Source: Torpedo marmorata
Lineage: Eukaryota
Assembly (NCBI GenBank): GCA_977017645.1
Contig: OZ360219.1
Location: 112,406,001-112,470,000 of the forward strand
Reading direction: 5' to 3'
Length of the DNA: 64,000 nucleotides
Position numbers and translations under genes: made by a program
In this document: positions 1-11,756 of the stretch, piece by piece
Numbering within the stretch: the stretch's first letter is position 1
How the letters are laid out: every line of letters begins with the position of its first letter
Notes under the pieces: generated by a model
What the model saw: the letters and a program-made list of their open reading frames with translations, nothing else
Database searches by the model: none
What the model was told of the DNA's origin: nothing

Positions 1-310
1 CACTGGCTGCTCTACACTGGCCGCTCTGCTTGAGCTACCCCTCGTTTTATTTGTCACTGCCCCTTATCTGTAGTACTCACTCCCACCAATCACCATTCTG
101 TTTAACCCTTAAATTGTCCTCCGCTCCCTTTTTAAAATGCACTTACCAAAAGCTTGTTCCCGACACTCACTGTTCTCCCGAGTCCCTCGCTCATCCTCTT
201 GCGCGACGGTCCCGAAACTACAATGGCCGAGTCCCTGCTCCGCTCCCTTTTTAAATGCACTTACCAAAAGCTTGGTCGTGACACTCACTGTTCTACTGAG
301 TCCCTCGCTC
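1..310 (-). repeat. Tandem ~120-bp duplication, probably the 5' UTR of a CR1-like LINE running off the window
   Basis: TCCGCTCCCTTTTTAAA(A)TGCACTTACCAAAAGCTTG...CACTCACTGTTCT...GAGTCCCTCGCTC occurs at ~119-192 and ~239-310; LINE assignment is inference. Confidence 0.45.
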
Positions 311-639
311 CTCAAATAGGTTTGTGCTATCGTAATATCACATTTCTTTGTAATAACTGCAACTATGAATATTTCTCTATCCTTTTGATTATTCTTTATT
401 TCAGTTGGCAATTTATATTTATTGTTTGTTAGTGTATTTTACGTACCTGTGTAGCTGCAGCAAGTCCATCTGCATATTGCCCTTGCGCCTATGACAACGA
501 ACTCTCATCCATTCATAAATGTTTAAAAAGCTTCAAACAAATAACCTGCAACTTCTAACTCACCTCCGAGCTTTAGGAGTAGTGATCTTAATTACAATGT
601 AAATGAACACACTGTAATTCAGCTTGTCAAAAAAAATTA

Positions 640-850
640 CTGATGCAGGAAGTCAGAAATAATAACAGGAAATGCTTAAAATATTCAGCAGGTCAGGAAG
701 AGAGAGGGAGAGAGAGAGAGAAAGAGAAAGAAAGAGAAAGAGAGATTAATCTTTCAGGTTGATGAGCCTTCATTGGATTTAGTTCTGCGTTTTATCTCTT
801 CACAGATACCGCCTGACCTGCTGAACATCTTTAGCATTTTCTGTTTTCAA
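640..850. mobile_element. Palindromic Penelope-derived short element with internal (GA)n
   Basis: Arms aaatgcttaaaatattcagcaggtcagg and cctgacctgctgaacatctttagcattt are inverted; same motif family as 51535-51755 and the end of the element at 61142-62031. Confidence 0.55.
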
Positions 851-929
851 GACAGTTCATGGTTCACAGTTTAGCTCCCCAGATTGCAACGCTGCCTCAG
901 GTAAAAATATCCTGTGTCAATAATGTTTG

Positions 930-1178
930 GGCAGCACGGTTAGGTAGCAGTTAGCACAACACTATTACAGCGCCAGCGGCATCCAGCACTGCCTTAAGGA
1001 GTTTGTACGTTCTCCCCGTGACTGCACGAGTTTCCTCCGGGTGCTGCAGTTTCCTCCCACATTCCAAAAGACGTATGGGGTTAGTAGGTTAATTGATTAC
1101 ATAGGTGTATTTGGGTGGAACGAGGTCGTGGGCCAGAAGAGCCTGTTACTGTGTTGTAACTCTAAATTTAAAAAAATA
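930..1178 (+). mobile_element. tRNA-derived V-SINE (HE1-like)
   Basis: tRNA-like head, core GGAGTTTGTACGTTCTCCCCGTG...TTTCCTCCCACA, A-rich tail; related copies at ~2420 and ~25960. Confidence 0.75.
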
Positions 1179-2419
1179 ATTGCAAGTTACTATAATGTCA
1201 AAGTGTCTCCACTTTGTAACTGACAAGAAGACTTGCCTTTCACTTGCCTGAAGCATTATTTACCTAATTCCAGATAGGTGCCATACAATTTTCTATGAAC
1301 GCGGATCTGATTGCACTAAAATCTTCTGTTTATAAAGCACTGCTATTAACTAGGTATCACTAATCTAATGCAGTTTTGGGCAGAGCAGTTTCTGTGCCAC
1401 GCAGTGATTGCTCTTGACTGGATACTGTTTCACACATTCTGTCGAGGTTCCTTCCAGCTCAGACCTCAAAGAACAGCTTAAAGCAGAGGACCTTCATTCA
1501 TCCATTGGGATGGAGCTGGTCAGATCTACAGGCTGGGTTAGCCAGAACTTGCACAATTGAAGATACATCACCTCAAGCCGGGAGAACGTCCTGTTTTCCA
1601 ACTTCTCTGTCAAAATTGTTTCATTTTCTGCCCATGCATCAGTTTCATTGTCACAAAAGGTGTGTTTATTTTTTAAACAATCCCCATCAAAACTACATTT
1701 GAACTGACTGAAGTCCTTCTTCAGATAAGCAAATAGTGAATGACTAGTTCTTAAAGTGTACAACGTCCACCTGCGTCCCCTGTCCCCAACCACCCCTCCA
1801 ATACTTTTTGTACTGCGAGGTAGTCAATGATCAGGGTCACAAATGTATCCTCTGCAAATAGCTCCTTCCTTTCTTATGGGTGTAGCTGCATCAAAGCCAA
1901 AAACACTGATTTGCTAAGCATTAAAAATGCCTTTACTGCAAGTTTCAGGAGGAACCGAAGATAGTGCACTGCGCAAACAGCTCTATTTTTGCCTGCACAT
2001 GCTTCTGCCAGGAGATGGAGGAAAAGGTTACATACTTCTGCGAAAGAAGCAGAGCTAATGAACATTGCAGCATACTCTCGATCATTGTTACTGTTGCTAT
2101 GGCACACAAAATGCAAGCTTACTTTGGGAGTAAGGTTGCCACCTGGCGTTTGAAGTTATACAAAAACTGCTCATCTTTTACAATTTTAAAGAAAATAAAA
2201 GCTCATTCACTTATTAATAAGCTCAACCTCTGACAAAGCCAAGTGCTAATGATCAATATTTCAGTTAAAAAAAATCACAGCTCTTTGAAGCCTGTACAAT
2301 TCTGCCTTGTTCAAATTAAGCAATGCAGTCAATAATATCCTCTAGAAAGTTCAAATCTCAAGGCCTTGCTTTTCTTCTCCATAACAGCTGGGAAAACAAG
2401 GTTTTCAACATACAGCGTC

Positions 2420-2615
2420 CCGGGTTTGTATCTGGCGCTGTCTGTAAGGAGTTTGTACATTCTCTCAGTGTCTGCATGGATTTTCCCCAAGTGCTCCAGT
2501 TTCCTCCCATCCTCCAAAACGTATGGTGTTGTAGGTTAATTTGGGTGTAATTGGGCAGCATGGGTCTAAATGGCTGGAATCAGCTTCTACCATGTTGTAA
2601 ATAAAAAAAAATTAA
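2420..2615 (+). mobile_element. 5'-truncated V-SINE (HE1-like)
   Basis: Same core (gtaaggagtttgtacattctc...tttcctcccat) and A-rich tail. Confidence 0.7.
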
Positions 2616-2688
2616 AAGGTTATAAACAAATTTACGTATACACACAACCGAACAGAGAGGTCCTTTGACACATGAAAGAGTGGGGAAG

Positions 2689-3119
2689 TGTAGAAGGAAA
2701 AATGTTACTCCGACCTCAACGGGTTAATAAGCATACTCATAGGGGCTGGAAAGCTCTCAAGGTCTTGAATGAAGTAACAGGACATGAGACAGTGACTCCT
2801 TTTTTCCTTATCAACTTTACTGCAAGCTGGGTGTTATTACCAAGATACAGAAACTATGTGTGTTTAGAAGATAGAATGAAGTTCTAAATGATTAATCGAT
2901 GGAATTATTGAAACCTTGTGTAGCCCATGACTGCTTCATTGTAAAAAGCTGTTTACTGCACTGCATATAAGCAGACAAGATTAAGCAGAAAGCAGAGCAT
3001 TGACTCAGTGCGGACTGGGCAAGCTCTCTGTGACATTGTCATGATTAAAAGTCTCTTGAAGCTCTACCCTGAACGTCTCTGCTTGGGTTAATTCTGTGAC
3101 TAGTAGATTTTCCTCGACA
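2689..3119 (+). promoter_or_regulatory. ERV 5' LTR (431 bp) with TATA-like box (~2966) and ATTAAA poly(A) signal (~3044)
   Basis: Imperfect terminal inverted repeats TGTAGAAGGAAAAATGTTACT / AGTAGATTTTCCTCGACA; TATAA followed ~80 bp later by ATTAAA. Confidence 0.8.
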
Positions 3120-3124
3120 GATTC

Positions 3125-3142
3125 TGGCATAGTCAGGCAGGT
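3125..3142 (+). other. Primer-binding site, tRNA-Ser-like
   Basis: TGGCATAGTCAGGCAGG resembles the tRNA-Ser 3' complement TGGCGTAGTCGGCAGG (one transition, one insertion), 5 nt after the LTR end. Confidence 0.7.
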
Positions 3143-3500
3143 CCCTAAAGAACGGGATTCTTAAGGAAAACGAACCAAAGAAAATAACCAAAGAAAATAT
3201 AGTAGAGAGGAAAATCGGGGTTTGCCGTGATAGGAAATCCCGGAGTCGCCCCAGCTGAAAGGGGGGCGACCGCCAAGATCCCGAAGGGGTGAGGCAAGAC
3301 TGACCAAGATCCCGAAGGGGTGAGGCAAGAATAAAGGGTAGCTACCGATTTGGCAGGATAACAAGGCGGACGAGACCCCGGGAAGAGCAGAACGGAGAAC
3401 ACACAGGTGAGCGCTTGTAAATAGTGGGGAGTGTTGAATGTGGTATTGTGTGTGTGCGTGCTAACTGTGCTTACCTCCAGGAGAGAAAAGAACATCAGCC

Positions 3501-5180
3501 ATGGGAAATTCAAACAGTCGAGCGGGTAACTCTGCTCCCGGGAAGAATGAGAAGGCTAGATCGGGACCCCCCATGAAGAAGCAAACCCAAAAAAAAAGCA
3601 GATACGGTAAAAAAGCATCGGCAGAAGGTAGGAGACCCGATTGTTCCTCCCGGATCCCCCGCTGATACGGTAATACGAGAAACGGGAGACGATCGATACG
3701 CTGTGACATTCAGTAGCGACTTGTACGGATGGTCCCATGGGGACTGGCCGTACGGAAGAAGTTTTAAAATTCCCCTTATTTAAGAATGGTGGGATATGAC
3801 TGCCGAAGACGGGGGGGACCCTAATTGGGATAAGGAATATATGTTGAATTGTTTTCAGAAGTGGATGGAGGTGGCCAAGAGGCACCAGCCTCCAAAGCAA
3901 AAGCAGGAGGGAATAGGAAATAAGGAGCCCAAAGATAGCATAAGAGATACGCCCCCACCGTACAACCCTACGGCACCCCGTGCAACTCCAGTAGGATTAT
4001 ACCCTCCGAATAGAGCACTCAAAGAAGTCGGATGGGTGGCAGATGATTATGGAAGCCGCTGCTGTCATGACCCCAAGAGAGAATAATGAAGGGAATGAGG
4101 CCGCAGCTGGGGGGCCGGTGGGTCCCGTGATAGCCCCTGATGCAGGGGAAGAGATGGAAGAGGAACACCCCCTGGAACAGGCAAGGGGACCCGCCCGGGA
4201 TGAGAGAAGGGAAAGAGAGGGGCCCCAGACGCGGGCTAAGACGGTTAAGGCAGACTCCTCGGTGGGATCTGGGGTCAATACCCAGTTTCCCAGGGTAATG
4301 ATAGGTGACACCGCCGTACTAAAACCCTGGACACCAGGCGAAGCGAGAGACATGATTTCTGCAGCCCCTGACCCGGTAAAAAAACCTGTAGCTTTTCACA
4401 ACTGGCTGGAGCAAACCTGTACCATTTATAACCCTTTGCCCGGGGACGTTAGGATATTGTTACAGGCTGCCTATGGGACCTCGTGGCATGGGGTCCGGGA
4501 CTCATTCCAAATCCCCGTAGGAGAGAACGGGGATTGGAGAAGGGATGATACACAGGCAAATGAAGGGAATGAATCATTGACGCACTGGCTCGGACATAGG
4601 GGAAAGGAAGCTATTATGCAAGGAGCAAAAAAGCACGGTGATATCGGGGAGGTTACTCGGTGTTTGCAACGACCTGACGAGCCTATGATAGACTTCGCCG
4701 CCAGGTGGAAGAGCTGCTGGGAGGAGCACGCCGGGATACCCTTACAATAGAATCAGTCCCTGGCAGTGCAGACTCTATTGAATTGTATGCTGCCCCAGCA
4801 GGCCAGGACTTATATGATTAAGGTTTTGGATTGGCAAGGGAAGCCGTGGCAGGATACCATAACAGTGTTGGCCAATATGGATAGAGAGGGTTTGTTTGCC
4901 CACAAAGAAACTAGGGCGAAAGTAGGACAGTACTATCAGGGAGGAAGAGGACAGATGGCCGCCAGGGGAAGGGGAAGTTATGGAAGAGGTAGAGGAAGGG
5001 GAGCATGGTCCCCGTGCGACCAATCTCAAGATGAGTGTCGCCACTGTGGGAAGAAGGGACATTGGGCCCGAGATTGTTGGGGCCCCCCAAGAAAAGAAGG
5101 GGAAAAGAAAGGTAACCCCCCCGGGGACTTATGACCCCCCACAATTCTCCTTTCATCAACCATATCACCCATCAGCATAA
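3501..5180 (+). pseudogene. gag: Retroviral gag, broken by frameshifts and a stop
   Basis: Starts MGNSNS (myristoylation-type motif); PPPYNPTAP and LYP motifs; capsid-like ORF 4043-4750; RG-rich segment and CCHC knuckle in ORF 4766-5134. Confidence 0.85.
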
Positions 5181-5475
5181 GGGTGCCCCGGAGAGAAGGT
5201 ACAGGCTCCCTCCGTTTGCTTGTCGTCGGGCATGGAAGATCAGCCCGTAGTAACGGTGAAAATTGGAGATAGCCATTTGCAATTATTGGCAGCGCCACCA
5301 TGTCCTCTGTACCGTCCTCCGTGGGAGTACCGCTTAGTGGATCTACCATAGTTAGCATGGGGATAGCCGGAATCCCGATGCAGGAACCCCTTTCCCTCCC
5401 GGTGCCCCTGGAAATACAGGGGCAACAAATAACTGACACTCTTATTGTCTCGAATACTGCCCCATTACCGTTATT
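5181..5475 (+). pseudogene. Retroviral aspartic protease with the catalytic D(T/S)G region disrupted
   Basis: DQPVVTVKIGDSHLQLL / frameshift / GSATMSSV...MGIAG...APLPLF follows the gag TAA in frame; spacing fits the retropepsin layout. Confidence 0.7.
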
Positions 5476-5553
5476 CACAAGATAAGATAAAGGAACAGAA
5501 GTAGGCCATTCGGCCCATCGAGTCTGCTCCGTAACTCCACCCTAAGCTAAACT
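5476..5553 (-). mobile_element. 78-bp 3' tail of a CR1 LINE at the ERV deletion junction
   Basis: Nearly identical to the CR1 3' end at ~11757-11829 (agataaaggaacagaagtaggccattcggcccatcgagtctgctccg...ccctaagctaaact). Confidence 0.85.
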
Positions 5554-7467
5554 GAGCTCTCCATGACATTGTCATGATTAAAAGTCTCTTGAAGCTCTAC
5601 CCTGAATGTCTCTGCTTGGGTTAATTCTGTGACTAGTAGATTTTTCTCGACAGGAAGAGAGAGTTAAATATTAGTATCAGAAATCCAAAGTCCCACTGCA
5701 CTGCTCAGAACATATGTAAAATTACCTTTATGTATCTTTCCACACACCTTGTAATGACATTTTAATACTGTATGTTCAAGTATTTTCTATTAGTTTGCCT
5801 ATACTTCCAATTAATGCAACACAGGAGGCAGCCATCTGGTCCATTAAAGCCATGAAGGGGTTCATAATTAACCTCATCAGCCCTATTCCTCTGCTCAGTC
5901 ACAGTGGTCATGCAAAGTGTGTCCATCAATTGTCAAGCCACTTCCCTTTTGAAAGCCCCACAGTTCCACAACTCTCACAGGAGACAAGTTTCTGACCATA
6001 ACCACTCTCTGAATATTTTTTTCCTTATCACCTTCTTGTCCATCAGTTTGAATCTGCATTCCCTGTACTGTATGCTAATGGGAACAGGATATGTCTATTT
6101 ATTGAACACAAATACACCACAATGATGTACACCTCTATTAAGTCTCTTCTCTTCCCTCTTTGCTTCAAAATGAACAATCCCACCTTCTCTACAACCTAAC
6201 CTTGGAGCTAAATCACTACAGAATTTCAGCTTATAGAAACTGAGAATGCCACTTGTCCTTAACCTGCAGTGCTTGCTTTAGTTGTGTGTGGAATTACATG
6301 AACAAATATGCATCAGCAGTTTCCAATATAAATGTGAAGAGGAATTTAGAAGAGAACATAAAACGAACACACCTTCTTGCCATGCTTGTCCCTTCCAAAG
6401 CAGGACTCTAGTGTGGATCCTGGCTTTTCACTCATTTCAGTTATGCATGCCACATCATTCTGGCATCTGCTATTTCATGTTTCTGTTGTGACGATGTTAA
6501 CACCATCTCATCTTCAATGTTACACTTTCCCTTCTTCTTGGCAATGGCATCAGAAACTTTTTGTGTATGTGGTCTGTCTCTTTTGAACATACCTATGCCA
6601 ATCGATATCTCCCTGCTTGCACAGATCTCCTGATGTGCACATTCCCCACACCCTTACACAACCGGTCGCCTACCTATTTTTTTAAGCACAGGAGGCTCAC
6701 ATTTTGTACATTTTTCCCTCAAGCTTCACTGATGCAACCTTTAAATGTTATGCAACCGAAGAATATTCACAATTGCTATATCTTCAATCCCTAACCTGGA
6801 TACACTGGAAGATTACATTTCCTCTTGCTCCACAAAGAGCGCAAGAGATTAGTTCTTATTCCAACACTTGCATCCCAAACATACGCGCACAGACAGCAGG
6901 CAATCTCTCATCCCACTGCACAGGGACAGTCAGAAAATGCATCTTTATTACAAGTCACTGCTGCTGCCTTTCTGCCACTGGTTCTCTCTCCTTCTTCTGA
7001 TGACTCCCTTTCTCTCAAGGATTCTTTCCAATCTATTCACCTCCACCACTGTTGTGGAGAAATGTGCAACACCAGTGCGTGTCTGAGAAATGAAGCAATA
7101 TTTTTATTGAAGCTATTTGTAGTTAATATTGAGCAAGATATAAATACTGCATGAATGTGGTAGTAATATCTGCAATAATTATCCTTGGTATATCTGCCTA
7201 ATTTTTCTCAACAATCCCTGGGATCAGTGTACCCATGGAGGCTCGAATGTGGGCTCCTTCTTTACTTTCATTACTCCCACCCAGTGGCAAGAGGCAAAAA
7301 AGCAGGACAGCTGAGAATCATTAAGATGTCTGTACTGCCTCCCTCTCCATTTCTCTGTTGTACTCATGTTAACAAAGTGATCTCTGACCGATAGTCTCAG
7401 CAAAATATTGATAAAATAACTATGGCAGTCAACATTTTTGGAAAACTAGCACACAAAGTCTCAGCTT

Positions 7468-8230
7468 CAAGTCAAGGCAAGTTTATTGTCATCTGATTGT
7501 ACAAGTACAACCCGACGAAACAGCGTTCTCCGGTCCTCGGTGAAAAACACACAGACACACAACCAGACATAACAACACATACAGACAAACAATACATATG
7601 CAGGACAAATATTTTACCTATACAAACAAATAAATAAATATTGATTCATGAATATGAGAGTCTCGGATGGTTTGTGTGAGCAGTTCCTTTGGTCGTTCAG
7701 CATTCTCACTGCCCGTGGAAAGAAGCTGTTCGTCAGCCTGGTGGTGCTGGCTCTGATACTCCTGTATCTCTTCCCTGACGGGAACAGCTGAAAGATGCTG
7801 TGTGCGGGGTGGAAGGGGTGCTCAATAATTTTGCGCTCCCTCTTCAGACAATGATCCCAGTAAATCACACCAATGGAGAGGGGGGGTTGGAGAGAGGGAG
7901 ACTCCAGTGATCCTCTCTGCCACTCTTATGGTCCTGTGGATTGACCTGACCTCCGATCCATTTCTCTGCAGCAACCGTATCACACTGCGATGCAACCGGC
8001 CAGGATGCTCTCGACAGAGCTCCTGTGGAAGGTTGACATAATGGTGGCTGGTAACCTTGCCTGCTTCTCTCTTCTCAGGAAGTGCAGTCGCTGTTGCGCC
8101 TTCCTGATAAGTGAGGAGATGTTGTGTCCACGATAGGTCACTAGTTAAGTGAGCTCCAAGGAACTTCGTGCTCTCCATACAGAGTTGTTGATGTGCAGTG
8201 GAGGGTGGTCGTTGCTGGTCCTCCTGACTT
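7468..8230 (-). mobile_element. Degenerate 3' fragment of a Rex1/Babar-type LINE
   Basis: Minus-strand peptides KFLGAHLTSDLSW and HPAHSIFQLFPSGKRYRSI...TRLTNSFFPRAVR; tail TGACAATAAA(CTTGA)n. Confidence 0.8.
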
Positions 8231-8785
8231 CATCACTTTCTGAAATTTATACACCCATCAGTAAAGTATCATACTTTTCCTTCATTGCTTCTCATACTTT
8301 ATTTCATAAGTTTGAAAATTAACTGGCCAAAACAATTGCAAGTCAAGGAAAAATATTTCATCCATGCTGTTGACTAAATAGAATGATGAAATCAACACCT
8401 GTGTGGTCAGCCTGAAGATTTGCAATAGTTTGGAATAAAATTTACCAGTCAAAGCTTTAGGCAATAAATGGTGATTGAGTTAAAAACAAAACTTAAATGA
8501 AGATATTGAAAGGCATAGAAGACAAGTTGTGGAAAAATGATTTTAATATTTCAAAGTTGTGTAATCCATTATTTTGGAAAATAGAAATTTCAATTCCTGA
8601 GAAGAAATATATTGCATCAAAATTTTCCAGACAAAAAGTTTTCATCAAGCAGAAGCAGAAGGCAAAAAAAGCGCTCTAAATTTGTAGATTATAGATTCAC
8701 CAACCATCAAGATTAGAAGCTATGATTGCAAATTTGAAGAGGTGACAAATTCCATAAATTTTAAAAAGAACAAGTTTCTAAAACT

Positions 8786-11650
8786 ATAAATGCTATAAGG
8801 AAGAAAAATACTGGAGAAATAACTTATAAACCTCAAGAGATAAATGAATCTTTTAAAGATTATTATCAGAATTTATATAAATCGCAGATTGACCAAGACG
8901 ATTCTAAAATTAATAGATTCCTATCCAAAATCACATTACCTAAATTGAATATTCAGAGTAGAGATTCTTTAGATCTGCCTTTTACAATGAGGGAAGTTAG
9001 TGAAGTTTTTGCTTCATTGAAGAGTGGTAAATCTCCGGGTGATGATGGGTTTCCATCAGAATTTTATAAAGAATTTAAAGATTTATTAATACCTCCATAT
9101 ATGGAAGTACTAGATCAAATTACGGAAACTCATTTATTACCGAAAACATTTTTAAATGCTATAATTACAGTTATACCAAAGAAGGATAGGGATGTATTAA
9201 AAACTGAATCATATAGACCTATTTCATTATTAAATGTAGATTATAAAATAATGGCAAAAATTTTAGCAAACAGAATGGCTAAATATTTGCCAGATTTGAT
9301 ACATATAGATCAAGCTGGTTTTATTAAAAATAGATATTCAAAAGATAATATAGCTAGATTAATTAGTTTAATTAGTTTGCATAAAAAGAAACAAGATCTA
9401 CCATTAGTTGTAACATTAGACGCTGAAAAGGCTTTTGATAGATTAGAATGGAATTTTTTATTTAAGGTATTAGAAAAATTTGGTTTTGGAAATACATTTA
9501 TAAATTGGATTAAAACTATATATAAAGAACCATCAGCTAAAGTAATTACAAATGGACAAATATCGCCAAAATTTTCTTTAACACGCTCTACGAGACAGGG
9601 ATGTCCTCTGTCACCAGCCTTATTTGTTTTGGCGATAGAACCTTTGGCTGAATTAGTTAGAAAAGACCCTAAGATAGTGGGTATTAAAGTTGGTATGGAA
9701 GAACATAAGATTAGTTTGTTTGCAGATGATGTATTGATATATATGACAAAATCTATTATATCACTTCAACAACTATCTATCATATTAAGAGAATATGGTG
9801 AAATATCTGGATATAAAATTAATTCTGATAAAAGTGAAATAATGGCTTTATCTCAAGGTGATTATACTAGATGTAAAGAAATTACACAATTTAAATGGGC
9901 TAAAGAAGGAATTACATATTTGGGAGTTAAGATTGATACAAAATTGGAAAATTTATATAAATTAAATTATCTATCATTATTTGTGAAAATAAAGAAAGAT
10001 TTAGAGAATTGGAAAGATTTACCCATAACTTTAATGGGAAGAGTAAATTGTATTAAAATGAATATTTTTCCAAGAATTCAGTATCTTTTTCAATCAATTC
10101 CTTTTGGAATTCCTCAAAAAAATTTTAAAGATTTAAATTTTGTTATTAGGAAATTTTTATGGAAAGGAAAGTTAGCAAGAGTAAGTATGAAAAAGTTAAC
10201 TTGGAATTATGAGATGGGTGGATTGCAAATTCCTAATTTTCAAAATTATTATAAAGCAGCTCAATTAAAATTTGTTAATGAATTTTTTGATTCAACTAAA
10301 TCTTCTGCTTGGATTAAAATAGAATTAAATAACATAGGAGAAGATCTTAAAGAAGAAATTATTTATAAATGGGATTCTAAATTAATATCAATAAAAAAGA
10401 AAAATTCACCAATTATTAAACATTTGTTAGAAATATGGGGTAAGACGGATAAAGAAATAGGTGGAAAAGGACTGATTTCTTCAAATACGCCATTATATCA
10501 AAATGGACTTATATCATTTACTGTTAATAATCAGTTACTTAAAATTTGGTTTCAAAAAGGTATTAAGAAGATTAGTGATTGTTTTGAAGCTGGAAAATTT
10601 ATTACGTTTCAAAGAATGAAAGATAAATTTAATATATCAGATAATACATTTTTAGCTTATTATCAAGTTAAAGCTTTTTTGACTGAGAAATTAGGTTATG
10701 CTTTGATTTTACCGAGACAAAATGAGTTAGAATTATTAGTTACTAAGGGAGATGTCAATAAATTCATTTCTCAAATGTATAAATTGTTTCAGAGGAAAAT
10801 GCCTAAAATAGGATTGCATAAATCAAGATTAAAATGGGAATTAGATTTAAATGTAAATATAGACGAAAATCATTGGAAAGATTTATGTAAATTAAGTATG
10901 ACGAAGATTATTAATGTTAGATATAGACTAGTACAATATAATTTTTTTCATCAATTATATTTAACACCTAAAAAACTAAAGAAATTTAATCCGACATTAT
11001 CAGGCTTATGTTTTAGATGCAATAGAGAGGAAGGTTCTTTTGTTCATTCTACATGGTTTTGTCCAAAAATTCAAGATTTTTGGTTGAAAGTTAAAAATGT
11101 TTTAGATAAAGTATTTAAGATTACATTTCCAATGGATCCTATGTTATTTTTATTTGGAGATATTAAAAAATTTAGTATTAAGAAGAAATTAAATATGTTT
11201 CAAGTAGAATTTTTGCAAATTGCTTTAGCTGTTTCAAAAAAATGCATTGCTATTACTTGGAAATCTGACTTAGATTTAGGATTAGAAAGATGGCATGCAG
11301 AGCTTCGTTCGTGTATACCACTTGAAAAAATTACTTATAATTTACGTAATAAATATCATTTTTTCTTGAAAATTTGGAGCCCATATATGAGAGCCATGGG
11401 TTTAAAGATTTGAAGATCTCTGGATATCAGATCTGCTGGTATATTTGACCTCCATAATAGAATTAGCTTAGAAGGTATTCCCCTTATTCTATTCTTTTCT
11501 TTCTTTCTTTTTTCTATTTTACTTTTTTATTAGATTAGGGGGGTTGGGAGGGTTGGGGAGGGGAGGGAGGGAGGGGGGGCAGAAATGTATCACAAATAAT
11601 TTGATAATTTTTATTCTATTTTATGTATTTGAGGTTTTTTCTTGCATTTT
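8786..11650 (+). mobile_element. 5'-truncated L1-clade LINE with uninterrupted RT and C-terminal Cys/His domain (ORF 8945-11413)
   Basis: KSPGDDGF, YRPISLLNVDYKI, LDAEKAFD, RQGCPLSP, LFADD and CFRC...HSTWFC motifs; very AT-rich; G-rich 3' UTR tract ~11538-11579; no endonuclease domain. Confidence 0.92.
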
Positions 11651-11756
11651 TTATACTCCTCAAGAAAGAAATCAGGAAGGCTAAAAGACATAAGGTTGCT
11701 TTGGCAGACAATGTGAAGGAAGATCCTAAGGATTTCTACAGGTATATTCACAAAAT

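Larger units (their letters stand above)
2689..5652 (+). mobile_element. Internally deleted endogenous retrovirus: 5' LTR, PBS, leader, gag, protease, partial 3' LTR
   Basis: TG...CA LTR 2689-3119; its last ~100 bp repeated at 5554-5652; 5-bp TSD GGAAG at 2684-2688 and 5653-5657; gag with CCHC knuckle CRHCGKKGHWARDC. Confidence 0.88.

Noticed and set aside
1494-1793. 99-aa minus-strand ORF in unique-looking sequence, possible extra PSD3 exon
   Set aside because: No resemblance to the expected next exon (ALYNSIKNEKLEW-like) and no convincing splice sites; would need RNA-seq.
3273-3330. CRISPR-like repeat-spacer unit
   Set aside because: Only two copies with a 4-bp spacer, in a retroviral leader in eukaryotic DNA.
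6200-7450. Non-repetitive-looking stretch, possible internal promoter or conserved element
   Set aside because: No motif or coding evidence visible without cross-species alignment.
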